Below, one piece after another: positions 32,526 through 44,490 of a stretch of DNA of 64,000 bases. The notes under the pieces are model-generated. The model searched no databases. It was not told where the DNA came from and worked only from the letters and a program-made list of their open reading frames with translations. The stretch lies in NCBI GenBank assembly GCA_036172245.1, contig JAYWIR010000001.1, positions 9,548,001-9,612,000 on the forward strand, given 5' to 3'. The stretch comes from Raillietiella orientalis (Eukaryota). Positions within the stretch are counted from its first letter, which is position 1; each line of letters opens with the position of its first letter. Made by a program: the position numbers and the translations under genes.

Positions 32526-33458
32526 CTTGGCTATTGGGAGCTCCGGACTGGGAGGAAGATTTCGCGCCTTCAGCAGGCGGCTGTCACCGGGAACGCGCGC
32601 GCACGTAGCGGTTGAGAGGCGGGCAATGCACAAGGCAGTGAGATCGGCGACGCGCAATCCCAGCCAAGCACATCTGCCCCTCCCTCGCATCCCCGACTGG
32701 ATCACCTGGATCGTCTCCTGCTGCGCCGCTAAGGTCTAGAGCGCACGAGGCTTCCTTGTGGGCGACGTCATACCTCCTCACCCCTTCTGGGACCGGAGAC
32801 ACGCGCTAGATGACGTGGGAAGTCAGAACAGAGAAATTGGAACGGAGGGGGTGGGGTAAGTCGGATTTCTCGTTCACCCCCTCTCGTCTCGGTTGCTCCT
32901 GACTTTTGCCTGAGCGCTTTCCCGTTCCGTAGTCTCTCCCTGGCGTTCCCGGAAGCGTCCGACCGTCCGGGATTCCTAGCAGCTCATCCGCAGCGCCCTC
33001 TCTCCGGCATTCGGTGAAGGGAGGAAGGGAACCGGCGACCGTCAAGGATTCCAGAGGTCCCCGTTCGAGGACGGGGAAGGCCGACCTTCAGGCCAAGCTG
33101 CCCCTTTTTGCATGTGTTTCCTTTGGTTTTATTTTTTTTTTTTTTTATTTTTGTCTGAGGGCAGTTCACTATCGACCAGAAATCACCCAGGGGAAGGAGA
33201 GCCGCAGGGTCCACGCAAGGTTTCCAGAAGGAGGGACTCTGCTGCCCTCTTTCCTCGAAGCGGGGGACCACCTTGGCCTGCTCGGCGGCGGCAGCCTCTT
33301 CCTCAGCCGACACGGCGCTGACGACGGAGAGAAAAAACGAAAAAAAAGGAACAAGACAAAGGGAGAGGCGGGGGAAAGGAGGGAGTAACAACTCGGCGGC
33401 GGCCATTGCCGGAGGCCGCGCTGAGGAAGGGGGACGGGAAGGGCACTCGTCGTAGTCG

Positions 33459-34097
33459 TCAGTGGCGCGTCCTTTTCCCGTAGGCGCCGCCGGGAGCTCC
33501 ACTCAGAGGGCGGGCGAAGCCAGACTGGCCGCCGCGGTCGAAGATTCTCTTGAAGACCTCGGCCACGACGCTCTCCCAGGTGGACACGAACAGGTGGATG
33601 ATCAGCTCGTCCAGGAAGCGCAGCACCTTGTTCCTGCGCACCTCGTCGCCCAGGATCCACGCCAGCGCCGAGTGCGCGTGGGCGTCCAGGTTGCACAGGT
33701 AGCAGATCCTGGGGGACCTCTGTCCGCTCGCTTCGGAGTCCCGCGCCCCCGGCAGCCCTGCGGCCTGCACCCGCAGCAGCCGGCGCAGCCTCAGCAAGGC
33801 TGCCAGGTGCTCCGGAGCAGCAGCGCTCGCTCGCATGGCGTTCCTGAGTCCGCGGGCACTAGCCGAAGTCGGAAAGGAGTGCGGGACCGCGCCGGAACCG
33901 GGTCTCGCGCCTGCCTCTGCATCTCCTCCCCCGTCCCGCACCTCCGACGAGCCTTCGCCGCGCAGAAGCGGAGGCCATCGTTCGTCCGCGCGTCCCGTCT
34001 CTCGCGAGCCCTCCGTGGGCACATCCGGCTTGGTGGGCTTCGTCTCAGCGAGGGCTCCAATGAAGGCGAAGAGCAAGAGGCACCGTGACACCCTCAT
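33459..34097 (-). CDS. Orphan secreted protein, 212 aa, single coding exon
   Basis: Signal-peptide-like start MRVSRCLLLFAFIGALA|ET. Acceptor CCTTCCAG lies 10 nt before the ATG. The C-terminal half has strong GC3 coding bias (ICYLCNLD...ILGDEVRRNKVLRFLDELIIHLFVSTWESVVAEVFKRIFD). Ends GAYGKRTRH*. Confidence 0.72.
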   Translation of the reverse strand: MRVSRCLLLFAFIGALAETKPTKPDVPTEGSRETGRADERWPPLLRGEGSSEVRDGGGDAEAGARPGSGAVPHSFPTSASARGLRNAMRASAAAPEHLAALLRLRRLLRVQAAGLPGARDSEASGQRSPRICYLCNLDAHAHSALAWILGDEVRRNKVLRFLDELIIHLFVSTWESVVAEVFKRIFDRGGQSGFARPLSGAPGGAYGKRTRH

Positions 34098-34300
34098 TCC
34101 TGGGAACCTGGAAGGATAGAGGCCCTCAGCGCCTGTTCCTGGATGATCGGACGATGGTGCCACGGCCGGCCACGCAGGAGGGGAAAGCAGGAGGAAAGCA
34201 AGAGCATCGGAAAAGGAAAAGAGGGGGAAGGTAGGAAGCAAAAAAGAAGAGGAGGAGGAGGAAAGGAAGGGACGAGGAGAAAGAAGAAAAGAAAAGGAGA

Positions 34301-35085
34301 AAGGGAGAAGGAGGGCGCACTGGGAGGAAAGGTTCTCCCCTGCATTTGGCCGTCCTTCCGGGGCACGGCGACGGCGGGAGTCACCCGATGGGATTCCGCC
34401 TTCGGGGGTCCCAGGAATTCGGGGTGGCGCCCTGATCTCGAGAGTCCCTTCTGTCTCTGCGAAGCGCTGGCTGCCGCGGTCGAAGAGTCTCTTGAAGCAG
34501 CCGCATGCGTTTTTTTCAAGGCCCTTCGCGGCGGAGGTCAGAAGCTTCTCTTCCACTCTCTCCGGTCGGCTCTTCCCTTCCCCCCCAGTCTGCCGTCTCC
34601 CCGCCGCCGACGCTGCTCCCGAGCGGGCGCAGCAGCACAGGTACGGGGAAGGGCGCCTTTCCCCTCACCGCTCCCCACGCGTGCGCCCGCCTTCTCCTTG
34701 GCTGGAAACGGGGGAGGGGGGGGGGAGTGGCCCACGAGAAGCGGTCTACCTTGGAACCGGGCAAGAGTCCTTTCTCTTCCCTGCTCCTCCTTGCCTAGGA
34801 AAGAAAGAACGGAAGAGGAGGGAGTGGAAGGACGCCTCCTTTCCCGTCCATTCCCCAGTCCACCCCTTTCTTCCCCCCCCCCCTCCCCCTCCCTGCTCCC
34901 GCCGGGACGAAGCTGGAGCGACAGAGCAAGGAAGGCAACCGCGACAGCAAGGTGGCACTCACCATCCGGAGCGGGAGGACCCCAAGGCGGCAGCAGCGGG
35001 TGGCAGCGGCTCACAACTCGATACGTCGCCGAGTCCGAACCTCCGGCGACGACCCCTCGGCGCTGCGGAAGAGCAGCGAGCCGGA
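34301..35085 (-). pseudogene. Decayed tandem paralog of the 34097-33459 secreted gene
   Basis: Three collinear similarity blocks: EGSSPEVR vs EGSSEVR, YLC vs CYLC, and FKRLFDRGSQ vs FKRIFDRGGQ (DNA gccgcggtcgaaga[g/t]tctcttgaag). YLC and FKR are 46 codons apart in both. There is a stop or frameshift just upstream of YLC. Confidence 0.55.
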
Positions 35086-35889
35086 GGCGCTCCTGGGCTC
35101 ACGCGATTACCGCCTATGACGCCGCACCGCGCGCTCGCCCTTTCTTTCTCCACGCTCCCGCGCTCGTTGCGCGGATCCCTTCGTCGAGCGTGAGTGGAAG
35201 GCTGTAGCGTCTCCCCCTCCGCTGCGTCCCTCCCTCGCCGCCTTTAAGCCTATTTTTCCGGTGAAAGCGCTGCTTCATCTCTTGCCGTTTCCCGTCTAGG
35301 CGGCTAAGGGGAGGAAGAGGAGCAGTGGGGCTTCCCCGCTTGGGTGCCCGAGTTTCGGATCGCGATCGGTCACGCTGGCGGTCATCGAGGCGTTGCTTTT
35401 CTGGGGACGCTGCTTCCTTCCGAGTCTCGGGCAGCCTCCTGCTCGGCCTTCGCCCAGCTGTCTCTCGCAACCTTCCTCTCCCTCCTGAGAAGGAGGTCAA
35501 CACAAGAAGTGCTGCAGAAGACACCTTGGACATCGGAGTTGCGTTCGGGTGCTGGAATACCGGCAGAGGATAGAAAGGTATCCAATGATAATGAGAAAGA
35601 GAGCTTACGGACGCTTCTCTCTCCGTGCTCCCTCCAGAGGGCTGCCGAATCGTGACAGGTATCTTCCCACGACGCATGATATTCCAGGAGCCGTGTTTCG
35701 GGAGGCAAACCAGAAACACCGGTAGGGGAGGCCACCTGGAGTAGCTGGAGAGCACAAAGAACTCCTTTCGGATGCTGCGGCTTCGTCAGCATCACCTGAG
35801 AAAGCACTTCTGCTGCCTATTCACCTCGAGTTTTAAGTGCTGAAGAACGCCTTCCTTCCTGGTGGGGACTCACGGAGCTCTTTGATGCT

Positions 35890-36560
35890 GTCCACGCCAC
35901 TCGAGGGGAGTTCCACTCTTCACCCCATAAGGAATAGGAACCACCCTATGAATCCAGGGAGGCTCCGTTCTTCTCTTATGCCTAAGAGTTCCCCGAAGGA
36001 AACTCTCCACCGTGGTTGTCTTCCAAGGGAATCCCGAAGAGAACCTCTTCTCTATTCTCTCCGGAAGGATCTCCTGGCTCTTCCAGGAGATCCTTCCGGA
36101 GAGAATTGGTTCCTTCTCCAGATGGACCTCCCGGAACGAATCCTTACCTTATTTCCTCCTATGACCCGAAGGGACGCTTTCAGATTTCCCTGAAGGGCAC
36201 TCCCCGATGAGAGCAGTACGCTTCTTGCACTCGGAAGAGACGGCCCTTCGAAGAGGACACCAACCAGCTCCATGGTGCGCAATATAGGGACGGCTCCATT
36301 TCATTACCAGAGGGGAAAGTTCCGAAGGGAATCGGCTCCTTGATTCCCGGAAGGACCCCAGAGGATCGACTCCTTATACCGGCTAGTGAACGGTGGCATC
36401 TGGCAGTTTCCAGCTTCCACGAGTGCCGCACCCGGATTGGCTAACTAGAGTCATCCTGCGGGGAAGACTCGAAACTCACAACTCACCCATTCGTCTGGAG
36501 TCGATCCCCCACGTGAGGATGCGAACCCGCGATGTGCGGCGCCTCGCAGTCGCCAACGCG
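35890..36560 (-). mobile_element. tRNA-derived SINE, near full length
   Basis: Tail tccacgccactcgaggg, caaccagctccatggt, cagcttccacgagtgccgcacc, and degenerate B box ggatgcgaacccgcg. Confidence 0.8.
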
Positions 36561-37250
36561 AGCCAAAGGTGTGTTAACGATCCTCCCGGAAGCATCGGCT
36601 AAAGAGTTCATTGGTGATCCAGAGATTTCACTTCCGACAGGAAGCCGATCCTTAGCTTTGGGGATCAAATTTAGAGACCAGCTCATGAAGGTCAGGAATG
36701 AATGTAGGAAAGGCTGCGGGATCCCCTTCCTAATGCCCCCACCCTCTTTGTCTGCTATCGCCATATGCACGGAAGGACGAGACTTTTCAGGTCATGTCGA
36801 GTGTTCTCAGCTTCGATGGCAATTTGGACGATGATCCTCAAAGACCCAGAAGCGGATGAAAAATCTGCTAAATGGAGAACAGAGGAAAAGCGCACTCACG
36901 TCCTCGGTCCACGACCGCTGCTCCAATGCGAGGCCGATGTCTAGGAGTATCTGTGGGGGGCGTCTCTCTCCCCCTCGTAGTGGTAGAATCCTAAGGGGGA
37001 ATTTAGAGGCCGCGAGGGTGGACGAGATGGAGAAGCGGTGCGTGCACAGCCACGACAGGACGCGCGGCAACTTGAGCGGGAAGCTGCGGTCCTTTGAGGA
37101 CTTTAGTCAGGTGTCCCTAAGGGACGTCGCCATGTTCCGCTCCGGCCACGAGAAGGCAGCGGCACCTCTAGAGGCGAAGCAATCCCTGCCGTGACTCGAA
37201 GGCAGACGTTGCCACCGATGACTGCGCACCGTGTTGCTCGGACTCTACTG
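36560..37250 (-). mobile_element. Tx1/L1-like RT remnant
   Basis: WRRPL..D*KVL (WRPI..DYKIL-like), LLDIGLALEQRSW (LD..KAFDRV.W-like) and GIRKGIPQPFL (GIRQG.PLSP-like), in order. Confidence 0.55.
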
Positions 37251-37829
37251 CGGCGGGTAGTGGGAGGTCTTCCTGGTGCGGCAGGAAGAGGAAGAGGAGG
37301 AGGATGCGAGTGGCCGGTGTGCAGCCGGTCCTCTGGTGCGTCTCTTACTGCTCCCGGGCGCTCTACTGTTGTGGAAGATGGTGCCCGGAGATTCCGAGTC
37401 CTGCCTGTTCGAAGCGCGGACACGCCGTGATCCCACGGGAGCATTGCAAGACCCACACATGCCTAGCTGCTGTTGACCTGTAGCTGCTGCCTGTTTTGTC
37501 TGCGCGATCGCGGGATGGCCAAACACTCCCTAGGGTTCCCAAAGACCTACGAAGACGTTTCACAGATGTGCGGGAGGAATTCTCCGTACAGCTGGCAGGG
37601 GGCAGCAACCGCAGACGAGAAGCCGCAAAGAGCTGGAGGCGATCGCTTTCAGGACACGAGGCACAACGAACGCGGCGAATCCTGGATCGTTGGATGCGCT
37701 CATTTATGGGCGAGACAAAGTCCCTGCGCAACCAGATGTGTATCCCGGAGAAGTCGCGTTAAAATCCCGGTCTTCAAATGCCCGGCGAAAACTTGAAAAG
37801 CGCGTGCGCATCCGAAAATCCTGTCTCCC

Positions 37830-38430
37830 CGCTGCAACACCCAGGGCGCAAGCGGACAGCTAAGAGGTCAATTTTAGAATCCCTTCCTGCTTTCAGAGTG
37901 ACCTCTATCCCTCGAGGTCGATACCTGGAGTGGTGAGTCCGGCCAGGATCATTTGTGACGACGTGTTTGTAGGCGTTGCTCGATTTGGGCGCCGCTGGGA
38001 AACCTGCCGGTCGGTGCCATCCGCCGCTCACACCATGCTGCCGATCCCACGCGTTCCCTGGACCGAGATCGTGGAATGCTTGTCTGGAAGCATCTCCCAA
38101 GTCAGACCTCCGGGATCTTGCCGGATCGTTTGCCGCCACCAGCAAGATCTGCGCCCAAGGCGGGCCACGAGTTTTCTGCGAAGCGCCGGCGCCAGCTTTC
38201 AAACAACCCTTGCTGGTTGTGGGGGTCACCATCGGTTCGATTCCGAATCTTCCAGAGAGATCCAGGGCAAGGAGGAAGTTTGAGAGGGAGCCCGTAAGCA
38301 GGGTCCGAAAGCATCTCAATGGCGACCTCGAAACCCAGATCAGGAAACAAGCGACGCTCTCTCCATGATGCCGGAGAATCTCTGCAGCGCGTTATCCGAA
38401 GGTGAGTCAGCGCACGATTCGGATTGCAGC
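37830..38430 (+). mobile_element. Ty3/gypsy integrase remnant
   Basis: HPGRKRT, VARFGRRWETCRS, MLPIPRVPWTEI, LWGSPS..QRDP and SAARYPKVSQRTIR follow the integrase motif order. Frameshifted. Confidence 0.5.
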
Positions 38431-38483
38431 GGAAGGTCGGACGTAGGTAGTCAAAGGGTTGTACCTTTTTTCGTTGCTGGATG

Positions 38484-39625
38484 TAGCGGAGGCAGGCAGC
38501 ACGCTGCTGCTCGGGCGACAAATCCGCTCTTTGTTGGTCCCTCAGAGCAGACAAGACGAGGGAAACGGCGCAGACACCTGTCCGGAGACGGACGAGAGCG
38601 GAGAAGAGCAGCGGGCGAAACCAGGGAGAGTTGAGGAGGCGGAAGAATAGAGCCTACGCGTGTTAGAAGTTTCGCTGCTCCTTTCTTCTTTTCGGTGCTC
38701 GCGAGACTCCCCTTTTCCCTCCGCCTCGGTCCGTTCACCGAAACGCTGTTCCTCTCGACGGACCGGCTCCCTCGGTTCGCCTCTTCCTCCTGGAGTGCGA
38801 CCCCACCGCTCGCTGGGCATCGTCCTTCCCAGCGCCCCGTGCCGCGCGCGCTAGCAGTCCTTCCGCTTCTTACGGCCCACGGGCGAGGCGACTGCGGTCC
38901 CACCTGCGGTACCATCGGCCGGGTTGGAATTCTCTTCACGGGAACCGTAGACTCGGCCCCGACTTTCCTTGTGGGTCAGCTCCGCGGCGCCCTGGTCGTT
39001 GCCCAGGCATCTCCAGGAGCAGCAACGAGTCCGGTCAGACGCTCGTCTCGAGTGAGAGGGCACAACGGCTCGTCGAGAAGTCGTCTTCCTGGGGAAGGGT
39101 CGACGTTTCAGGAACGATTCCACGAGTGGGGATCAGTGAAGGTCCACCTGTCGCCTTGGAATTCTTCAGGAAGTCTGGAGGCGCTGCATGGCTTGGAGGC
39201 GCCTGGAGAGTCACTGCGGGATGCACTGCCGGAATCCTACGGAATCCCAGCCTACGTGGAAAGTGGAGGGTTCCGTCCGCAGATCGGGAAGAACGGCGCT
39301 GCCGGATGTCAGAGGTGACTGTGATCTTTCCCAAGGCAAGGGAAGCAGGGGAAGTCCCTCTGGGTTCTTCTGCTTTCGCCGCTTTTTCTCCATCTTTTTT
39401 CTTTTTATTAAGTGGGTGCATGGTGTAGGGTCTCAAGGAGTGCTGAAGAACCGTTTGTCTCCGTAGGGAGGGGGGGATCTCAGAGCTCTTAAACGCTGTC
39501 CACGCCACTCGAGGGTGCGTGTCAACTTTCCAAGATAGGGAGTACCCGGGAGGGGACCACCTTATGAATCCAGGAAGGGCTCCGAAGGAAGAAAACCGTT
39601 CCTCTTACGTGGGGTAGGGAAACGC
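38484..39625 (+). repeat. Segmental duplication of 11434-12575 (end of the ABCC paralog A last exon, 3' flank and SINE tail)
   Basis: Direct repeat at offset 27050 with about 5-6 substitutions seen, e.g. at 11482, 11642, 11869, 12448 and 12563. Confidence 0.95.
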
Positions 39626-39829
39626 AGAAGGGGACCTCTTCTTTATTCTCTCCGGATGGATCGCCTGGAGGGAACCGTCTCCCATTTCTGTTCCCAAAAG
39701 AACCTCCGGATCCTTCTCTAGGAAGGATGTTCTCAATTTCTCTAAGAAGCGTCTTCTTACACTCTGGAGAGGCAATCTCCCGAGGTGTGTCAACCAACTC
39801 CACGACCGGGCTCCAGTCTCACAATTGGA

Positions 39830-40290
39830 AAAATTCGGAAAGTTCTTCCTGGACCAGCACTCTGCACTCTGTGCGACCTCAAAGGTCACCCGACGCTTTC
39901 CATCATCGATGTGAAAGACTAGAACGGGATCGTCCTTGCTCCTCTCTCATCTTCCTCGATGTCCGCGTCGATCTGACAGCTCCTGCTCCTCTTCGTCAGC
40001 AATTTCCCCGCCACCATCCAATGCCCTATCTGCCACCGCCACCCGACGCCCCTTCAGAACCCAACTCTTAAGTACTCGCCCTTCCGAGATCATTCATGTC
40101 CGAATGTCTTTCTCTCCGTCTCCTTTTTTTCTATTTTCGCCTCCTCCCTCAGCTCCTAGTTTTTCCACGACGACCCGCCAGAGGTCTGAGGAACACCCTT
40201 GGAAGGCTTCCTTCCTTCCCTACGTTTCTGCATCTTCCCTTTCGTCATGGACAATGAGAACGGCTCTGACTTCTGAGGGTGCGCGTCTCA
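39830..40290 (+). repeat. Interspersed repeat, homologous to 26310-26790, nested in a SINE
   Basis: Same homology as the partner copy; flanked by SINE sequence on both sides. Confidence 0.8.
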
Positions 40291-40325
40291 TTCCGTTTCC
40301 GGCTTTCACCAGTGCCGCACCGGGG

Positions 40326-41170
40326 GCCCCTAAATCGACACTCTCCCTCATGGACTTTTGCGCTGGGGTGTCCTACTGGGTACTCCGGAACTCAGACGTC
40401 CTACTGAGCACTCTGCAGTGGCCTCGAGTTCTCATGGACACCCTAACCCTCCCCTTGAAGTAACAGGAGTCAGCGTTGATGCTGCTGCACTGGGGCCTGT
40501 CGTGCAACGCCAGCCTACATCACTGAACATGGGGGGGAGGGGTAGACCCAAGCTGTGCAAGGTGCGGAAAGCGTGAATCCCTCCTCACCTCCTAGACAAC
40601 GGTTTCGCCCTCCGCCCCCTTGGGGGACGCTTTGCTGCGATCTTTGGAACTCCCCAGAGGCAATGCCAGACACGTTTTAAAGCGCCTCTTCCTGCGCGAA
40701 GACCTCATGCCAGTCCCATCCCTAGCAGCACTGGGCTGCCTACGCAGGATCGTCGCCGCATGAAGCGTTGGCCTCTTTGGCCTCCTCTGGAGTTGTCCAG
40801 AGGAGGTCAGAACGACAGGGGCACCATCTATTCTTCTCTCCTCATCATGAGGACAGAGTCAAGATGACCCATCTGAGAGTTTCGAAACCGGAACTTGCCG
40901 ACATCCTGCATAGGATACAGAGGACGTTCTCCAGCACCCGAAGATCCCTTCCCGAATCCTCCCATTTTTTTGTATATAATTTTTGGTTTTATTTTTCTTT
41001 TTTTGTTTGTCCCCCTTCCTTTCTTGCTACTGAGACGAACCCCGCTGGTTTGCGTGCCATTTCCCAGCAGGTTCCTCCTCGTCGTTATAAGTGACGTCGC
41101 AGGATCAAACGTCCTGCCACAGACATGGATGTTTATTTCATAAATAAACGCCCCGGCATGACCGGGTGTC
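40326..41170 (+). mobile_element. 5'-truncated Tx1/L1-like LINE
   Basis: PLK*QESALMLLHWGLSCNA and CARCGKRES. T-rich UTR homologous to 14150-14290. Ends AATAAACGCCCCGGCATGACCGGGTG. Confidence 0.75.
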
Positions 41171-41439
41171 AACCAGTGCAGGACGCGAAAGCCATCCGAA
41201 ACCAACCAGCGTCATCTTGCGGGAGAGACTCAAAAACCACGACCCCCCTCCCCTTCCCATTTCTCGGCATCGATGCTTCCCCGGGAGGGATTCGAACCAG
41301 TGACGTTCGGAGCCCCGAGAGGAGGCCTTTGCAGCCGCGCGGCCGCTCAGGCGGAAGGGTGGCAAGGGGAGCGGTGCCGGAAACACCTGGACAGGGGCTT
41401 GTTTCCGGTGCTCGTCCAAGGAGAAGCAGAATTCAGCGG

Positions 41440-43640
41440 AAGCGGATATCCTGAAGAGGTATTCCAGGCAAAGCTTCGACTCTCTTCCGATCCGCCACGA
41501 GGTTCTAAGCCGCTCGGCCTGCCATCGGGGAAAAGGCAGGGCCGTCGCCGTTCGGCCGCCTTTGGACGTCGCAGGTGCTGCGGGCGAGCCCGCGATGCAG
41601 ACACCGGCCGGAGTGGGGCACCTTCCCCTTCCCCCCCCCGATGGAGCCTGTTGGACGGTTTCGCCGGGTTCGGTGGGCTGCATGGGAGGGATGTGGCACC
41701 TTCGTGGCACTCGCAGAGACTCAGCTCCCACCGCTTCTCCCAGCTAGCCAAAGCGTCCCGAGCGGCGCGGGAGTCAGTCTTTGAGTTGGCGCCCGTCTCT
41801 GTGCCGCCAAGGGCACAGCCGGAATCCTCGAAAAATAATAATATAATATAATTTTGATGCCGTTCCAGGAATCCCATCCCTTTCTTTCCAGCAGAGAGGA
41901 TAAATAAAAAGGAAAAAAGGAGAAAGGATAGTTAGACTGGAGATTTCGGGAATTCGAAGAACAAGGAATAATGCATATGGGATAAATAATGCACGAGGGA
42001 TGCAAAGCGATGGGATGCTTTGGCCGAATCTTCTCTTCCGCATCCTCCACAGGAAAGGAAAGGCGAGCGGACGGAAGGATTTCTGCGGGCGCCATTTATC
42101 CCTCGGGATCCCGGGAAGACGCGGCTGGGAAGCGGCTCCCGGCCTGGAACGTTCCGCCACCTGCGCTGCAGCGAGAAACTCCAAGCGCCCGGACCCAGCG
42201 GCGCCCGCCACCCCCTCCGCGGGAAGGAAGTGCCAAAAACGTCGGTTCTGGGCCTCGCTCGGGGGAGTGCAGGCATCGCGGAAGGGAAAGGGGAGGATGT
42301 GGCGGTGGGTCGCCCCCGCGCGGAATACCTTCCCCCCCCCCCCCCCCCCATCATCCCCTTTCGAATTTTCCGACCGGCTGCAATCTCGTCATGGAGGAGC
42401 GCCCATCCGCGCGCTCAGGCAGGCGCGCAAGGAGGGGGGAAAGCCGGGGCGAACCGAGAAAACAAGCGCATCCAAAGCGCGCTGGTGGTAGGAAAAGAGG
42501 AGCGGACTCGCTGCACCTTGACCCCATCGCGTCGTTTCCCGAAAAGGAGGGAAGAGCTCGCCGTTGGCCCGCTGTCACGCGCTCCTGCGAACGGCAGTCG
42601 CCTCGAGCAACCACGGGGGGAAGAGGGGGAGGGCTCAAGCAGGGGTTCCTTCTGGAGGGCTGTCCACAGCTCGAGGCTGCTCCCCAGGCGATCTTCCCAG
42701 TGGGAAGACAGGGAGCCATTTGGAGGCGGTCCGCTCCGGCCGGCGGCTGCCTTGCGGGTTGATCCACAGCACCCTGCTACTCCCGAAGGTGGCCGAGCGG
42801 TGACGGCCCTGTCTCTTCCCCGGGGGAGAGCGGAGCGGCCGCAAATCTCGTGGCGGGTCGGAAGAAGGTCGAAGGTTTGCTCCGAGGGAATGCCTCTTCG
42901 AGATTTCCGCCTCCGCCGAGTCCTGCCTTCCCCTTGGGCGAGGGTCCGCGCGCACTCACCGGGTGACGCGTTGGTACAAGCCACGCGGTTTGCAATCGAT
43001 GGAGGTTCTCGCAGCATGTCCCGGTCGTTTCTCGGGTGGCCTCGCGTCAGCTCCGTCCTCCTATTGAGGATGCGTCTCAGGAAGAACACGACGATCTCCC
43101 GCACGTCCTTGAAGCATCTCAGTCCTCGCAGCATCTTTCAGTCCATCATGATAGCCTGTATCACCTCCTTCCGGTCGGCGTCGAGGTCTCACAAGACGTA
43201 ACGTCAGGAGGCAACTCTGAATGTTCGGCGGCGGCCAAAATCCCTCGGAGGACCGTCCCGATGGCCTACAGGCTGATTGCAGGCCTAGCAAATATGAATC
43301 TCCGCGGGCACCGCAAAGGTGGCAGAGGAACGGGGAAGGAGGCGTTGGCGAGCGGCCAGCGAGATCCTCGCCCCAGGAGCTACGCGCGGATGACCTCCCG
43401 GGTGCCTTCTGGCACCGATCCAGGAACTTCAGGATGGTCTCCGGTTGCCGCTGTGGATGCGCCTTTCGCCCTCGAGCTCGCCGTCTGGGTCGCTTCCAAG
43501 GAGCTGCACGGGGGAAGCCCACCTCGTCTCAGAAGTGGTTCCCTGCCCTCCCACTGGGAATGGAGAGCGGCTCGTCGCAGAAGAGCGCCCGGACAGCAGC
43601 CTCGAGCTGTGGGCAGCCCTCCGGAAGGAACCCCCCTAGC
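41440..43640. repeat. Cluster of inverted repeat fragments (41460-41590 vs 42760-42900; 42640-42730 vs 43530-43640), probably LINE ORF1 remnants
   Basis: Reverse-complement matches such as cagggccgtc.ccg.tcggcc.cctt and gggttccttc.ggagggctg.ccacagctcgaggctgct. Translations include LPSHWE..PGQ..SCGQP. Confidence 0.55.
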
Positions 43641-43889
43641 TCTTGGAAACGGCAGTGGTCGACGCCTGAGGAAGCACTGATAGGCGAAAGCGAAAGTCCT
43701 AGTGGATCCCTCCTCACCGTAAGAGAGGGTGTAGACACTGAATTGGGACGCCGGTCTCGACTCCTGTGGAGTTTAAGGCTGCCAATAGCAAAAGACAGGT
43801 TGCAGGCAGCTCGCGGAAACCTCGTCCGGGCACCGCTCCGGACTGCCGAAGACGCGACGAGGTGCTCCTCTTGTCCGACGCGAGATGCC

Positions 43890-44490
43890 TGCGTCGGAGG
43901 ACGCGTGGCTGCGGTCTCTGCTCGTCGCGGGTTCGCATTCCGCCCGGGGGAAAGAAAAGATCGATGCCAGAGAAACGGGTGCGTCGCTGGTTCGAGTGCC
44001 TCCCGCAAGATTACGCTGGTTGGCCTGTAGTCTTCGGGTGCGGCACTGGTGGCGGATAAAACCGGATGCCCCGTTGACTGGCTGGGATTGGAAGTTGACA
44101 CTCCAAAGTTCTACCAGGAACCAAGGAGATTGTTATCTTTGGGGTTCCCCTCCGATTGAGAAAGTGGAACCGCACCATGGAGCACGTTGACTCCTCTCCA
44201 GAGTGTAAGGAGCGCGCTGCTCCCATTGGGGAGAGCCCTTCAGAGAAACTGGGAGGCGTTCCTTCGAGGTTCTCTTCAGATGAGCAAACGAGGGGCGGGT
44301 CTTTTCTGGGGAGTCCTTCCAGAGATAGCCAGGGTGGAGGGTCCCCTTCGGGTATGCCTCCCAGGTGTGAGAGGAACGAACCCTCTTCTTCGGCGCCCTT
44401 CATGGATTCATGGGGTGGCCCCCTCCCAAGATACCCTCTATCTTGGAGAGTTGCACGCACCCTCGGGTGGCGTGGACAGCATTGAAAAGC
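43890..44490 (+). mobile_element. tRNA-derived SINE, near full length
   Basis: gcgggttcgcattccgc head, cgcaagattacgctggttggcc, gcggcactggtgg, and tail cacgcacctcgggtggcgtggacagc. Confidence 0.8.

Larger units (their letters stand above)
39487..41355 (-). mobile_element. SINE split by two nested insertions (tail ~39487-39810, middle ~40290-40325, head ~41170-41355)
   Basis: SINE blocks are in the correct order but separated by a repeat at 39830-40290 and a Tx1-like LINE 3' end at 40326-41170. Confidence 0.7.

Noticed and set aside
35100-35800. LINE endonuclease remnant (PPETRL, VIGGN)
   Set aside because: Only faint motif resemblance. A short match to 37200-37240 was noted but is insufficient.
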